From Actinomycetota bacterium (GTDB lineage Bacteria; Actinomycetota; Actinomycetes; S36-B12), in assembly GCA_016870515.1 (NCBI GenBank), contig VGBL01000005.1, forward strand, positions 67,373 to 131,372: a stretch of DNA of 64,000 nt, given 5' to 3'. Below the pieces are notes generated by a model. It was not told the origin of the DNA. It was given only the letters and a program-made list of their open reading frames with translations, and ran no database searches. The position numbers and the translations under genes are program-made. This document shows, one piece after another, positions 49,402 through 59,768 of the stretch. The number at the start of each line of letters is the position of its first letter. The stretch's first letter is position 1.

Positions 49402-49500
49402 CTACTTCTTATTGCGGCGCTGAACGCGGGTGCGCTTAAGCAGCTTGCGATGCTTCTTCTTGGCCATGCGCTTGCGGCGCTTCTTGACCACGGAGCCCAT
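49402..49500 (-). CDS. 30S ribosomal protein bS22 (32 aa)
   Basis: Not in the ORF track because it is too short. The minus strand reads [32 protein letters not shown] with GAGG 7 nt upstream. This is the conserved actinobacterial bS22 sequence at its usual position next to the HTH gene. Confidence 0.85.
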   Translation of the reverse strand: MGSVVKKRRKRMAKKKHRKLLKRTRVQRRNKK

Positions 49501-49580
49501 CGATTACCTCATTCAATCCTGGAGTCCTATGACCCTATCCGATGGCACGGGACTCGACAGGAGCGGGTCTGGCGGCCGTC

Positions 49581-49599
49581 GGAGCGATGGGCTCGCTCC
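49581..49599 (-). terminator. small hairpin downstream of the HTH gene
   Basis: GGAGCG-atgggct-CGCTCC, a 6-bp stem 11 nt after the stop at 49610. No clear U-tract. Confidence 0.3.
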
Positions 49600-49609
49600 G
49601 CCAGTTGAC

Positions 49610-49816
49610 TCAGCCAGCCTCGATGTAGGACGAGCGCAGGTAGTCATGCACCGCCTGCTCAGGGACACGGAAGGAGCGACCGACGCGAACCGCAGGCAAC
49701 TCACCGGCATGCACGAGTCGGTAGACCGTCATCTTGGAGACGCGCATGAGCGACGCCACCTCGGCGACGGTGAGAAAACGAACCTCGGCAAGGGGGCGCT
49801 CGGTTCCACCGCTCAT
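49610..49816 (-). CDS. helix-turn-helix (excisionase/MerR-like) DNA-binding protein
   Basis: 68 aa. LTVAEVASLMRVSKMTVYRLVHAGELPAVRVGRSFRV is the HTH_17-type motif. It is conserved next to bS22 in Actinomycetota and is not prophage-associated here. Confidence 0.8.
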   Translation of the reverse strand: MSGGTERPLAEVRFLTVAEVASLMRVSKMTVYRLVHAGELPAVRVGRSFRVPEQAVHDYLRSSYIEAG

Positions 49817-49952
49817 GTGTCGCTCCTTGGTCGTGCCCCGGAGGGCTTTGGTGTCGGCGAGACGCTACTGCACGTTGCGCCGGTCGTCACCCGAAATTCA
49901 GGTTTTGGAGCCTAGTGATCTCCCCCCAAGGAGCAACGAGGAGATCCCCGGG

Positions 49953-51149
49953 TCACAACCAGGGGTCCTGGTCGGCCTCCAGCCCCAGGTGTGGATAAAC
50001 CGCCGAGCGCGTCGCGAGGATCGCCGAGTCGACGGGGTCGGCGGGGTCGCAGCCCTGGTCGAAGGGCTTCGCCCAGGGCTGCCGTCCATCGGTCATGTGC
50101 GCCGGACCCGGCCGTCCAAGCGACTCGCTGACGTAGGTGCGAAAGGACTCGGGCGTCTGAGATTTCGCACTGATCGGATTGCCGGCCGCCTCGGCGATGA
50201 GGTGGGCCCAAGCGCGCGGCACGACGTTCACCCATTCGTATCCGCCGCCGCCGACGGCGATCCATCGACCGTCCGCGAAGCGATGCGCCCAGCGATGGAT
50301 CGCCTCATATGACATGCGCTGTCCGTCGATCGATAGCGTGAGATGCGCGAGGGGATCTTCGAAGTGGCTGTCGCAGCCGTGCTGGCTCACGATGATCTGC
50401 GGATTGAACGCTTCGAGGACGTCGGGAACGATCGCGTGAAACGCGCGCAGCCATCCCTGATCGCCGGTGCCTGCTGGAAGGGCGATGTTGACCGCCGTGC
50501 CTAGCGCCCCCGGGCCACCGACCTCGTCGGGGAAACCCGTGCCCGGGAAGAGGGTGCGCGGGTCCTCGTGGACGGAGATCGTCAGGACGCGCGGATCGTC
50601 GTAGAACATGGCCTGGACGCCGTCGCCGTGATGGACGTCGACATCGATGTAGGCGATCCGCCAGTAGCCCTGGGCGAGCAACCAGGCGATGGCGAGGCCA
50701 ATGTCGTTGTAGATGCAGAATCCGCTGGCGCGGTCAGGCATGGCATGGTGCAGGCCGCCGGCGATGTTAATGGCGTGCTGGGCCGAGCCTGACTGCACCA
50801 CGCGGGCGGCCGCGAGAGTCGCACCGCCGACCAGGGCCGAGGCCGCATGCATTCCCGCGAACACCGGGTCATCGGATGTGCCGAGACCGCGGGCTTCGTC
50901 GACGGCTCGCACGTCAAGTGATGCGCGCTCGACCGCGGCGATGTAGTCGGCGTCATGCACGCGCAGGAGGTCCTCGGCGGTCGCGGGCAAGACGGGGCTG
51001 TGCACGGAGACGCGCGGGCCAGTCAGCAGGTCGAAGTCGGTGGCCAGGCGCATGGCGAGCTGCACGCGGATAGGCGCGAGGGGGTGGCCGGGACCGAAGT
51101 CGTAGGCCTTGAGAGCGTCATCCCAGACGACGGTCAGCGAATCACTCAT
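49953..51149 (-). CDS. acetoin utilization protein AcuC / histone-deacetylase-family protein
   Basis: GGLHHAMPDRASGFCIYND and DVHHGDGVQ motifs. ATGA overlap with the proC stop. Confidence 0.88.
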   Translation of the reverse strand: MSDSLTVVWDDALKAYDFGPGHPLAPIRVQLAMRLATDFDLLTGPRVSVHSPVLPATAEDLLRVHDADYIAAVERASLDVRAVDEARGLGTSDDPVFAGMHAASALVGGATLAAARVVQSGSAQHAINIAGGLHHAMPDRASGFCIYNDIGLAIAWLLAQGYWRIAYIDVDVHHGDGVQAMFYDDPRVLTISVHEDPRTLFPGTGFPDEVGGPGALGTAVNIALPAGTGDQGWLRAFHAIVPDVLEAFNPQIIVSQHGCDSHFEDPLAHLTLSIDGQRMSYEAIHRWAHRFADGRWIAVGGGGYEWVNVVPRAWAHLIAEAAGNPISAKSQTPESFRTYVSESLGRPGPAHMTDGRQPWAKPFDQGCDPADPVDSAILATRSAVYPHLGLEADQDPWL

Positions 51150-51949
51150 GCAGGCGTGCCGCCGCCGAGTTCGACACCGCGGTCACGCGCGGCGGTCATC
51201 GCCCGCAGCACGAGGTCGCGGAAACCCCCCTCCTCGAAGGCAGCGATGGCGGCCGCTGTCGTGCCATTGGGGGAGGTGACCTGCTTGCGCAGCGTGGCGG
51301 CATCGGCGCCGGGCTGGGCGGCCATCGTTGCCGCACCCTGCACCGTCTGGGTCACGAGCGCTCGTGCCGTCTCATGGTCGAGCCCGAGGTCGCGGGCAGC
51401 GGTGATCATCGACTCGACGAGCAGGAAGACGTAAGCCGGGCCACTGCCCGAGGTCGCGGTGACGGCGTCCTGCAGCGCTTCGGGCACGCGAACCACCGGC
51501 CCGACAGCCGACAGCAGGCCCTCGACGTAGTCGGCCTGGACGGGCGTGCACGTGGAGCCCGGGGTGATCGCCGTGATGCCGCGGTCGACGAGTGCCGGGG
51601 TGTTGGGCATCGCGCGTACGGCCGCCACACCGCGGGGCAGGGCAGCTTCGAGCGTCTCGAGGCGGATGCCGGCCGCGAGGGATACGACCACCGTGCCATC
51701 GGCGAGGTGGGCGGCGATCTCATGCAGCAGCGCTGCCATGTCCTGTGGCTTGACGAGTACCAGCACGGTCGTGGCTTCGCGCACCGCTTCGGCTGCCGGC
51801 AGTGCATGCACGCCGTGCGCCTGAGCCACCTCGCGGGCGCGCTCCTCGCGCTTCTCGGAGATCACGATCCGCGCGGGCTCGGTGCCGCCGCGGATGAGCC
51901 CCGAGACGAATACCTCGCCCATGACGCCGGCGCCCAGAATGGCGATCAT
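51146..51949 (-). CDS. proC: pyrroline-5-carboxylate reductase
   Basis: N-terminal GAGVMGE Rossmann motif and the conserved C-terminal VTSPNGTTAAAI. Confidence 0.92.
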   Translation of the reverse strand: MIAILGAGVMGEVFVSGLIRGGTEPARIVISEKREERAREVAQAHGVHALPAAEAVREATTVLVLVKPQDMAALLHEIAAHLADGTVVVSLAAGIRLETLEAALPRGVAAVRAMPNTPALVDRGITAITPGSTCTPVQADYVEGLLSAVGPVVRVPEALQDAVTATSGSGPAYVFLLVESMITAARDLGLDHETARALVTQTVQGAATMAAQPGADAATLRKQVTSPNGTTAAAIAAFEEGGFRDLVLRAMTAARDRGVELGGGTPA

Positions 51950-52557
51950 GCTGCGCTCCCTGGAAGCGGAACGCGCGGATCGAGCAGCGCCTGAATCGTC
52001 GGCGCGACCAGGCGCACGACCTGCTCCTCGCTCGCTGACGCCAGCGGCTCGATGCGCATGAGATAGCGGCCCGCAGCGATGCCGACGAGAAAGGAACTGA
52101 TGAGAGCAACGCGCATGCGCGCATCCGGCACGCCCACCGCTGCGACTATCCGGTCGACCACATTCACCTCGAGATAGGCCTGCAGCGACCTGGTGACCTG
52201 CGCGGCCGACGCTCCGGCGCGGATCATGGCCATGAGGTCTTCGCGCACCTCCTGGTCGCCAACGGTGTCAAGCCAGAAGCGCACGAGCCGCTCGCCGAGC
52301 CCGTCGATGCCGGGGCCCAGCAATGATGGGATTGCCGATGCGGGATCGGTGGGCAGGCGCACGGCAGCGGCAAACATCGCACCCTTCGAGTCGTAGTACT
52401 TGCGCAGGACGGCCGGCGCGATGCCCGCCGCGGCCGCGATGCCCTTATAGGTGGTGCGGGCGTACCCCCGGGTCGCGAAGACGCTGCGGGCAGCCGCGAG
52501 AGCCGCGTCGCGGATCGGATCCGGCGTGGGCTCGGTCGCATCTGCGCTCTGGGACAT
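51946..52557 (-). CDS. TetR/AcrR family transcriptional regulator
   Basis: N-terminal HTH (ARSVFATRGYARTTYKGIAAAAGIAPAVLRKYY). ATG 52557; the track extension to 52653 was rejected. Its stop overlaps the proC start (ATGA). Confidence 0.85.
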   Translation of the reverse strand: MSQSADATEPTPDPIRDAALAAARSVFATRGYARTTYKGIAAAAGIAPAVLRKYYDSKGAMFAAAVRLPTDPASAIPSLLGPGIDGLGERLVRFWLDTVGDQEVREDLMAMIRAGASAAQVTRSLQAYLEVNVVDRIVAAVGVPDARMRVALISSFLVGIAAGRYLMRIEPLASASEEQVVRLVAPTIQALLDPRVPLPGSAA

Positions 52558-52567
52558 CGGGGTCACT

Positions 52568-53419
52568 CTAGGTGCGCAGCATCGCGGGCGGGGCGGCCAG
52601 GTGCAGCCGGGCGAAGGCCAGCGCCTCCGCGAGGTCGCGCTCTCGATCTTCACGGCTCGCAGCTCGCCGCGTGGACACCTCGACGCAGACGGTGCCGCCG
52701 AAACCGGACGCGGACAGGTGCTCGAGGAGTTCTCCGCAGGGCTGATTGCCGCGGCCAGGGATGAGGTGCTCGTCGCGATTGGAGCCGCTCCCGTCGGCCA
52801 GGTGAATGTGGCTCAGACGATCACCGAGGTCTCGCGCCATCTGGATTGCGTCAGTGCCGGACACCGATGTATGCGACAGGTCGAGGGTGGTGTGGGGATA
52901 GTCCTCGTCGCGGACGTCCCAGCCGGGCAGATAGGCGGCGATCTCGCGAGACCGCGCCTTCCAGGGATACATGTTTTCGACCGCGAAGCGCACGTGCGTC
53001 TCGTCGCCCATGCGCTCCAAGCCGCGCACGAACTCGCGGGCGTAGTCGCGCTGCCACCGGAAGGGCGGGTGGACCACCACGGTGTCGGCACCGAGGTCTT
53101 CGGCGGCTGAGCGCGCGCGCAGGAGCTTGCCCCAGGGGTCAGCGCCCCACACCCGCTGCGTGACCAGCAGGCACGGGGCGTGCACGGCCCGGATCGGCAT
53201 GGCGTAGTGATCGCGCAGGCGCTTAAGCGCGGCGGGATCCTGGCTCACGGCGTCGGTCATCACCATGACCTCGACACCGTCGTAGCCCAGGCGCGAGGCG
53301 ATCTCGAACGCCGACGCCGTGGACTCGGGGAAGACCGACGAGGTTGACAGCACCACCTGGACGCCCGGGTCGCGGCTCACGACGGCGTCGGAGTCGACGA
53401 CGAAGCGTGCCTCTGACAT
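52568..53419 (-). CDS. sugar phosphate isomerase/epimerase (xylose isomerase-like TIM barrel)
   Basis: 283 aa with the AP-endonuclease-2/TIM-barrel pattern (GYDGVEV..., HPPF, FAVENM, LDLSH, HLAD). Confidence 0.8.
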   Translation of the reverse strand: MSEARFVVDSDAVVSRDPGVQVVLSTSSVFPESTASAFEIASRLGYDGVEVMVMTDAVSQDPAALKRLRDHYAMPIRAVHAPCLLVTQRVWGADPWGKLLRARSAAEDLGADTVVVHPPFRWQRDYAREFVRGLERMGDETHVRFAVENMYPWKARSREIAAYLPGWDVRDEDYPHTTLDLSHTSVSGTDAIQMARDLGDRLSHIHLADGSGSNRDEHLIPGRGNQPCGELLEHLSASGFGGTVCVEVSTRRAASREDRERDLAEALAFARLHLAAPPAMLRT

Positions 53420-53423
53420 GGGG

Positions 53424-55811
53424 CTATTGTCTCCCGGCGCTCTCGGGGTGTCCCGGCGTGGGATGGCGGAGACGATCGGTCACGAGGGTCGCGAGCGCGA
53501 TCAGCACGGCGCCCACGAGACCCGCGACCACAGCAATGGCGGTGTCCTGCTCGGGGGCGGCGTACACCGCGAAGAAAGTCGAGAGCCACGGCACAAAGAG
53601 CACGACCAAGAAGGAGATCAGCATCGCTGCGCACACGCCGAAGCGGAGCAGATTGAGCGGCCGCGCTGACTGCACAAGCACGGCGAACGCCGCGATGAAG
53701 AGTGCGATGCATGCCCCGGAGCGGGCGTCCGCCATGGGCTCACCGGAGCGCAGGATGATTAGGTAGGCGCTCAGGCCGGCGGCGGCGCAGATGACACCGG
53801 CGGGGACGGCGAAGAGGAGCACGCGGCGCAGGAAGCCGGGGCGGAAACGCTCGGTGTTGGGCATGAGCGCCAGGAAGAACCCCGGGATGCCGATGGTGAG
53901 CGCGCTGATCAGCGTGAAATGCCGGGGCAGGAAGGGGAACTCCAGTGACTCCCCGCCATTTGACAGCGACAGCAGCACCGACAGACCGATAAAGACCGAG
54001 ATGATCGTGGCGTAGAAGGTCTTGGTCAAGAAGACATCGGCGACGCGCTCGATGTTGCCGAGCACGCGGCGGCCCTCGGCGACGACGCGCGGCATCACCG
54101 AAAACTTGTTGTCGAGCAGCACGAGCTGCGCGACGGCGCGGGTGGCCGCGGCGCCCGATCCCATGGCGATGCCGAGGTCGGCCTGCTTGAGCGCCAGCAC
54201 GTCGTTGACGCCGTCGCCGGTCATCGCCACGGTGCGCTGGCGCTTGTGCAGGGCGCCGACCATGGCCTGCTTCTGGCTCGGGGTCACGCGCCCGAAGACG
54301 GAGTTGTCGTCGATGGGGGCCACCAAGGCGTCGGGGTCGTCGGGGAGTTCGCGGGCGTCGACGGGGCTGCCTGCCCCGGGCACGCCGGCCTGCTGGGCAA
54401 TGGCCCCGACGGTCGCGGGGTTGTCTCCGGAGATGACCTTGACGTTGACATCCTGGTCGAGGAAGTACTGCACGGTCTCACGCGCGTCGGGGCGCAGGCG
54501 CTGGTCGATGACGACGAGGGCGACGGGCTGCGCCCGACCCGGCCCGTGCTCGACGTCGGGACCGTCGCCGACCGCGCGCGCGACGAGCAGCACGCGCGAG
54601 CCCGCCGATGCCAGCCGATCGGCCTGCTCGAGCACGTGTGGATCACTCGTGCCCAGGATGACCTCGGGGGCGCCCAGGAGCCAGGTGCCGTGATCGGTGA
54701 AGGTCGCCGCCGACCACTTGCGCGCACTGGAGAATGCAATTCCCTCCACCATTGACCACGTCGGGTTGGGGTAGGCCTTAGCCACGGCCTGCAGCGTCGG
54801 GTTGGGGCTCTCCTCGGAAGCGCCGAGCGCGGCGAGGATCGCTGGGACGTCGGCCGACGTGTCGAGCACCTGCACGTCGGTGACGGCCATGCCGGGCTCA
54901 GTGAGCGTGCCCGTCTTGTCGACGCAGACGGTGTCGACGCGCGCGAGCACCTCGACGGCAGGCAGGTCCTGCACGAGCACCTTGCGCTGCGCCAGGCGCA
55001 CGACGGCCACGGCCATCGCGATGCTGGTGAGCAGCACCAGGCCCTCGGGCACCATCGTGACGACGCCGGCGATGGTGCTGCTGATGGCCTCGTTGAGCGG
55101 CTGCGCGGAGCGGATCTGGGAGACGAAGAGCAGGACGCCGACCGGCGGGATCAGGAACGACGCGAGCCGGATGAACTTCGCGATGTCCTCGCGCAGCTCC
55201 GAGCGGGTCTGGGAGAACTTCTTGGCCTGCTCGGTCAGGCCTGCGGCAAAGGAGTCGCGGCCCACCCGCGTCGCGACGCAGGTGCCGGATCCGGCGACGA
55301 CGTAGGAGCCGGACATCACCTGGTCACCCACCGCCTTGTCGATGGGATCGGCCTCGCCGGTGAGCAGGCTCTCGTCGACCTCCAGTCCCTCGGCGGTGAC
55401 GACCTCGCCGTCGACGACGAGCTGGTCGCCCGGGCGCAGCACCACGAGGTCGTCGAGCACGACCTGCGAGGGACGCACCTCGATGTCTTCGCCGTCGCGG
55501 CGCAGCATGGGGCGTGCCTCGCCGATGACCGAGAGCTTCGCGAGAGCACGGCTCGCGCGCCACTCCTGAATGATGCCGATGAGCGAGTTGAAGACGATGA
55601 CGAAGCCGAAGAGGGAGTCCTGGAAGGGCGCGACGAACCACATGACGACCCACATCGACCCGATGAGGAAGTTGAACCACGTCAGGGTGTTGGCGCGGAC
55701 GATGCTGCTTAGGCTGCGGCTGTGCGGATCGGGCGCGTCGTTGGTCTGGCCGCTGGCGACTCGCTCGGCGACCTGAGCCGACGTCAGCCCCTCGACGAGC
55801 GCCAGGCTCAC
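53424..55811 (-). CDS. cation-transporting P-type ATPase
   Basis: DKTGTLTEP phosphorylation site, [13 protein letters not shown], the PEGL transmembrane motif and about 10 TMs. GTG 55811 overlaps the ppx stop (GTGA). Ion specificity unknown. Confidence 0.88.
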   Translation of the reverse strand: MSLALVEGLTSAQVAERVASGQTNDAPDPHSRSLSSIVRANTLTWFNFLIGSMWVVMWFVAPFQDSLFGFVIVFNSLIGIIQEWRASRALAKLSVIGEARPMLRRDGEDIEVRPSQVVLDDLVVLRPGDQLVVDGEVVTAEGLEVDESLLTGEADPIDKAVGDQVMSGSYVVAGSGTCVATRVGRDSFAAGLTEQAKKFSQTRSELREDIAKFIRLASFLIPPVGVLLFVSQIRSAQPLNEAISSTIAGVVTMVPEGLVLLTSIAMAVAVVRLAQRKVLVQDLPAVEVLARVDTVCVDKTGTLTEPGMAVTDVQVLDTSADVPAILAALGASEESPNPTLQAVAKAYPNPTWSMVEGIAFSSARKWSAATFTDHGTWLLGAPEVILGTSDPHVLEQADRLASAGSRVLLVARAVGDGPDVEHGPGRAQPVALVVIDQRLRPDARETVQYFLDQDVNVKVISGDNPATVGAIAQQAGVPGAGSPVDARELPDDPDALVAPIDDNSVFGRVTPSQKQAMVGALHKRQRTVAMTGDGVNDVLALKQADLGIAMGSGAAATRAVAQLVLLDNKFSVMPRVVAEGRRVLGNIERVADVFLTKTFYATIISVFIGLSVLLSLSNGGESLEFPFLPRHFTLISALTIGIPGFFLALMPNTERFRPGFLRRVLLFAVPAGVICAAAGLSAYLIILRSGEPMADARSGACIALFIAAFAVLVQSARPLNLLRFGVCAAMLISFLVVLFVPWLSTFFAVYAAPEQDTAIAVVAGLVGAVLIALATLVTDRLRHPTPGHPESAGRQ

Positions 55812-56746
55812 GTCTGCATCCCGTCGAGTCTGCGCAGGATGACGCCCTCGCGCAGCGCCCACGGGCCAATCTCCACCACCTCGATGCCCAGCAGGTCAAG
55901 GGTGGCCTCAGCGACGAGCGCTCCGGCGAGTAGTTGCTCGGAGCGCGCCTCGGATACGCCGGGCAGTCGTGCGCGCTCGCCCGCTGTCATAGCTGCGAGC
56001 TTAGGCACCCAGGTGCGCAGGTCATCGCGCGAGAGGGTGCGGCGCACGTAGAACCCGTCGCTCGACGGCGCAGCGCCGGTAATGCGGGCAAGCTGCCGGA
56101 ACGTCTTGGACGTCGCGACCGTGATGCGCGGCTCGCCCGCGCGCAGGATGCGGCCGACGACCTCGCCCAGAGCAGCACGCGCTTCCTTGCGGGCCGCGCG
56201 TACGGACGACTCCTTGGGCGGGTCGCCCTTGAGGAAGTGGCGCGTGACGCGTCCGGCCCCCAGCGGCAGCGAGAGCGCCACGTCGGGTTCCTCGTCGGCA
56301 CCGGAGGCGAGTTCGAGCGAGCCCCCGCCGATGTCGAGCACGAGGATGCGCCCGGCGGACCAGCCGAACCAGCGGCGCACGGCCAGGAAGGTCAGGCGGG
56401 CCTCGTCGGGGCCGCTGAGGACCTCGACGTCAAGGCCCGCGCGTTCGCGCACCGCCTGGATGACGGCGATGCCGTTGGGGGCCTCGCGGATCGCCGAGGT
56501 GGCAAACGCGAGGAACTCAGTGACCCCCAGGTCCTCGGCGCTCATCTGGGCCTGGCGGGCGAAGTCGACGAGCTCGTCGATGACCGCGTCGTCGATGCTG
56601 CCGTCGCTCTTGAGGTGCTCGGCCAGGCGGAGCGAGATCTTGGACTTCCATGCGGGCAGCGGAGCCGCGCCCTGGTGGGCGTCGACGATCAGAAGGTGAA
56701 CGGTGTTGGAACCGATGTCGAGAACGCCGAGCCGCACAGCGAGCAC
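55808..56746 (-). CDS. ppx: Ppx/GppA family exopolyphosphatase
   Basis: N-terminal [12 protein letters not shown] and DIGGGS ASKHA-fold motifs. 312 aa. Confidence 0.88.
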   Translation of the reverse strand: MLAVRLGVLDIGSNTVHLLIVDAHQGAAPLPAWKSKISLRLAEHLKSDGSIDDAVIDELVDFARQAQMSAEDLGVTEFLAFATSAIREAPNGIAVIQAVRERAGLDVEVLSGPDEARLTFLAVRRWFGWSAGRILVLDIGGGSLELASGADEEPDVALSLPLGAGRVTRHFLKGDPPKESSVRAARKEARAALGEVVGRILRAGEPRITVATSKTFRQLARITGAAPSSDGFYVRRTLSRDDLRTWVPKLAAMTAGERARLPGVSEARSEQLLAGALVAEATLDLLGIEVVEIGPWALREGVILRRLDGMQT

Positions 56747-56777
56747 GCTACCCGTCGGTGGGGGGTAGGGTCATCAG

Positions 56778-57548
56778 GTGCCCGAAGTTTCCCTCGACTT
56801 CCCGCGTGCCTGGGTGGAGTTCGACGACCCCGGCAAGAAGGCCCGCCGCTACCGCATCGACCTCACCTGGTTGACGTCGCGCTGGACCTGCATCTTCGGC
56901 CGGGGGTGCAAGGGCATCTACAACACGATGCCCGACGCCGGGTGCTGCACCCAGGGCGCCCACTTCACCGACAAGTCCGACGAGAAGCGGGTGCTCAAAT
57001 GGGCCGAGCGGCTCACCCCCGACGACTGGCAGTTCTACGACATCGGCCGCAAGAAGGGCCCGACCGTCAAGGCCAGCGATGGCGAGCGCAAGACGCGCGT
57101 GGTGCAAGACGCATGCATCTTCCTCAACCGCCCGGGCTTCGAAGGCGGCGAGGGCTGTGCGCTGCACGGGCTAGCACTGCGCGAGGGCGTGTCCTTCGTC
57201 AAGACCAAGCCCGATGTCTGCTGGCAGTTGCCTATACGCCGCTCGTACGACGAAGTCGAGCGCCCGGACGACACGACCGTGCAGGTCGTCTCGATCACAG
57301 AGTTCGACCGTCGCGGATGGGGCCCCGGGGGCAAGAAGCTCGACTGGTACTGCAGCGGCAACACCGAGGCGCACATCGGCACCGAGCCCGTCTACATAAG
57401 CAACCGCGACGAGCTCACCGAGCTGATGGGCAAGAAGGCCTACGCCGTTCTGGTGGAGTACTGCCAGGCACATGAGGCGGCGCTGTCGAAGGCCCGCGAC
57501 CCCGCGTCGCGTCGCGCCCTCGCCGGGCACCCCGCCGACCCCGAGTAG
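56778..57548 (+). CDS. conserved Cys-rich hypothetical protein
   Basis: 256-aa intact ORF with clustered cysteines ([30 protein letters not shown]). It is divergent from ppx, as in other Actinomycetota. Function unknown. Confidence 0.65.
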   Translation: MPEVSLDFPRAWVEFDDPGKKARRYRIDLTWLTSRWTCIFGRGCKGIYNTMPDAGCCTQGAHFTDKSDEKRVLKWAERLTPDDWQFYDIGRKKGPTVKASDGERKTRVVQDACIFLNRPGFEGGEGCALHGLALREGVSFVKTKPDVCWQLPIRRSYDEVERPDDTTVQVVSITEFDRRGWGPGGKKLDWYCSGNTEAHIGTEPVYISNRDELTELMGKKAYAVLVEYCQAHEAALSKARDPASRRALAGHPADPE

Positions 57549-57583
57549 CCCTGGGCGTCAGCCCCAGGGCCTAGCCTGCGTCC

Positions 57584-58978
57584 ATGGCCAAGGCAGCGTT
57601 GTCCTACCAGTGCAACGCCTGTGGCGCGACGTCCCTGCGCTGGGTCGGCCGCTGCCCCAAGTGCCAGGAGTTCGGCACAGTCGCCGAGATTGCCGCCGCG
57701 CCCGCGACCAAGGCGGCCAAGTCCGGCAAGGCCGTCGCCGCCGTGCGCCCCGCGCAGCCGGTCTCCGAGATCGCCGATGAGCGCGTACGCCGGCTCCCCA
57801 CGGGAGCGGGCGAGTTCGATCGCGTCGTCGGCGGCGGGCTCGTCGCCGGACAGGTGGTGCTGGTGGCGGGCGAGCCCGGCGTCGGCAAGTCGACCCTGCT
57901 GCTGGCCGTCGCACACGCCTTCACCAAGCGCAATCCCGGCACGGTCCTCTACGCCTCGGGCGAGGAGTCGGCCGACCAGATCGCGCTGCGCGCGCGGCGC
58001 ATCGGGGCGGTCTCCGAGCGCCTCCTCGTCACCGACGACAACGACCTCTTCGCCATCCTCGGCCAGGTCGACCACCATCGGCCCGGGCTCGTCATCGTCG
58101 ACTCGGTGCAGACGATCTCCAGCTCCGAGCTCGAGGGGCGGGCGGGTGGCGTCTCACAGGTGCTTGAGGTGACCCAGGTCCTCACCCGCACCGCGAAGCA
58201 GCGAGGCCTCCCGCTGCTTCTCATCGGCCAGTCCACCAAAGACAACTCCGTCGCCGGGCCGCGCGCGCTCGAGCACCTCGTCGACACCGTGCTCACCTTC
58301 GAGGGCGAGCGCACGACCGCCTTGCGACTGCTGCGCGCCGCCAAGAACCGCTACGGCCCGGCCGACGAGATCGTCGCCTTCGAGCAGACCGACACGGGCC
58401 TGGCCGAGGTCGTCGATCCATCCGAGCTCTTCCGCGGTCAGCGCGATACGCCAGTCCCTGGCACGTGCGTGACCGTGACGATGGAGGGCAGGCGCCCGCT
58501 GCTGGCGGAGATCCAGGCGCTGGTGTCACCCGATGGCGGTCCGGTGGCACGGCGCACGGTGACCGGTCTAGACACAACCCGAGTGGTGACGCTGGCGGCA
58601 GTGACGGCGCAGTCGGGTGCGGGCATGAAGGTGCTATCGCAGCGCGACATCTTCGTCGCCACGGTAGGCGGGGCGCAGATCTCCGACCCGGGAGCCGACC
58701 TTGCGGTGTGCCTCGCGATCGCGTCGGCTCAGCTCGAGACGGCGATTCCCGCCGACGTGCTGGCGATCGGCGAGATCGCGCTCTCCGGCGACGTGCGACC
58801 GGTGCCCTTCCTGGCTCAGCGCGTCGCCGAGGCACGACGACTGCGCTACAAGCGAATCCTCGTGCCCGCCGGGTCGCGTGACCGCGTCGACGGCGTCATC
58901 GAGGTGCGCCATCTCGAGGCAGGCCTGCGCGCGATCCAGGGTCACGCCGAAGCCGCGCGCCAACCCGGCTTGCGCTAA
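57584..58978 (+). CDS. radA: DNA repair protein RadA
   Basis: Zinc finger CNACG...CPKC, Walker A GEPGVGKST, the KNRYG motif and a Lon-like C-terminal domain. Confidence 0.95.
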   Translation: MAKAALSYQCNACGATSLRWVGRCPKCQEFGTVAEIAAAPATKAAKSGKAVAAVRPAQPVSEIADERVRRLPTGAGEFDRVVGGGLVAGQVVLVAGEPGVGKSTLLLAVAHAFTKRNPGTVLYASGEESADQIALRARRIGAVSERLLVTDDNDLFAILGQVDHHRPGLVIVDSVQTISSSELEGRAGGVSQVLEVTQVLTRTAKQRGLPLLLIGQSTKDNSVAGPRALEHLVDTVLTFEGERTTALRLLRAAKNRYGPADEIVAFEQTDTGLAEVVDPSELFRGQRDTPVPGTCVTVTMEGRRPLLAEIQALVSPDGGPVARRTVTGLDTTRVVTLAAVTAQSGAGMKVLSQRDIFVATVGGAQISDPGADLAVCLAIASAQLETAIPADVLAIGEIALSGDVRPVPFLAQRVAEARRLRYKRILVPAGSRDRVDGVIEVRHLEAGLRAIQGHAEAARQPGLR

Positions 58979-59092
58979 GGCGCCAGGCGCAGGACGTTGG
59001 ACTTCGCGCGGGCGCGCAGTGCCTGTCTGATATCTCGACGGTACGCCGATCCGTCGTGCCAATGGGCAGAGGCACCCGGCCAGTGTCACGTC

Positions 59093-59768
59093 ATGCGTGG
59101 ACTCGCTGTGGCCGTCATCGTTTCCGTGGCCGCATGTGTGATGGCGGGCGTGGTGTCGAGTGCGGGCGACTCGATGTGCCGATCGACTGGGCGATGCCCG
59201 ACGACCCACGCCGCGCATCCGTTGCCTTCGCCGTGCACCGCGCGACGGGGGAGCGTCGCAGCACCTACACCTTCAACCCAGGTGGCCCGGGCGGCTCCGG
59301 CGTCGGCACGCTGGGGACGTGGCTCACTGGCGCGCCCTACGGTCCCTGGGCCGCACTTCCGCCAGCGATCCTGCGGCACTACGACGTCGTCGCGTGGGAT
59401 CCGCGTGGCGTGGGCGAGAGCACTCCGTCCCTTGAGGACTGCGATGGCACCGCCGCCTACGGAGAGCTCCCGCAAGCGGGGCCGGTCGACTGGCGTGCGG
59501 TCGCGACGACGTACGCCGCCTCGATGTCTGAGGCTCTTGCCGACTGCCTCGCTGCCAAACCCAACCTGGCCCCCTACCTCGGCACGCGCTACGTCATCCG
59601 TGACCTCGATGCGCTCCGAGCGGCACTTGGAGTCGAGCGATGGACCTACCACGACGTGAGCTATGGCACGACCGTCGGCTTGGCTTACGCGCGGCAGTAT
59701 CCCGATCGGGTGCGTGCGCTCGTCTTCGACGGTGTGGCCACGACCAACCAGACGCAGTTGCAGCAGGC
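59093..59768 (+). pseudogene. secreted alpha/beta hydrolase (tripeptidyl-aminopeptidase-like) remnant
   Basis: The signal/lipoprotein peptide MRGLAVAVIVSVAACVMAG is in one frame. The body is in another (ECGRLDVPIDW, FNPGGPGGSG, WDPRGVGES, DVSYGT, FDGV). The C-terminal half is absent, and past about 59770 the frame reads Ser/Arg-rich nonsense. Confidence 0.7.

Noticed and set aside
49610-49816. Excisionase-family HTH gene as a marker of a prophage or integrative element
   Set aside because: No integrase, att-like repeats or phage genes are nearby. As far as I recall, this small HTH gene next to bS22, the epimerase and proC is conserved core synteny in Actinomycetota.
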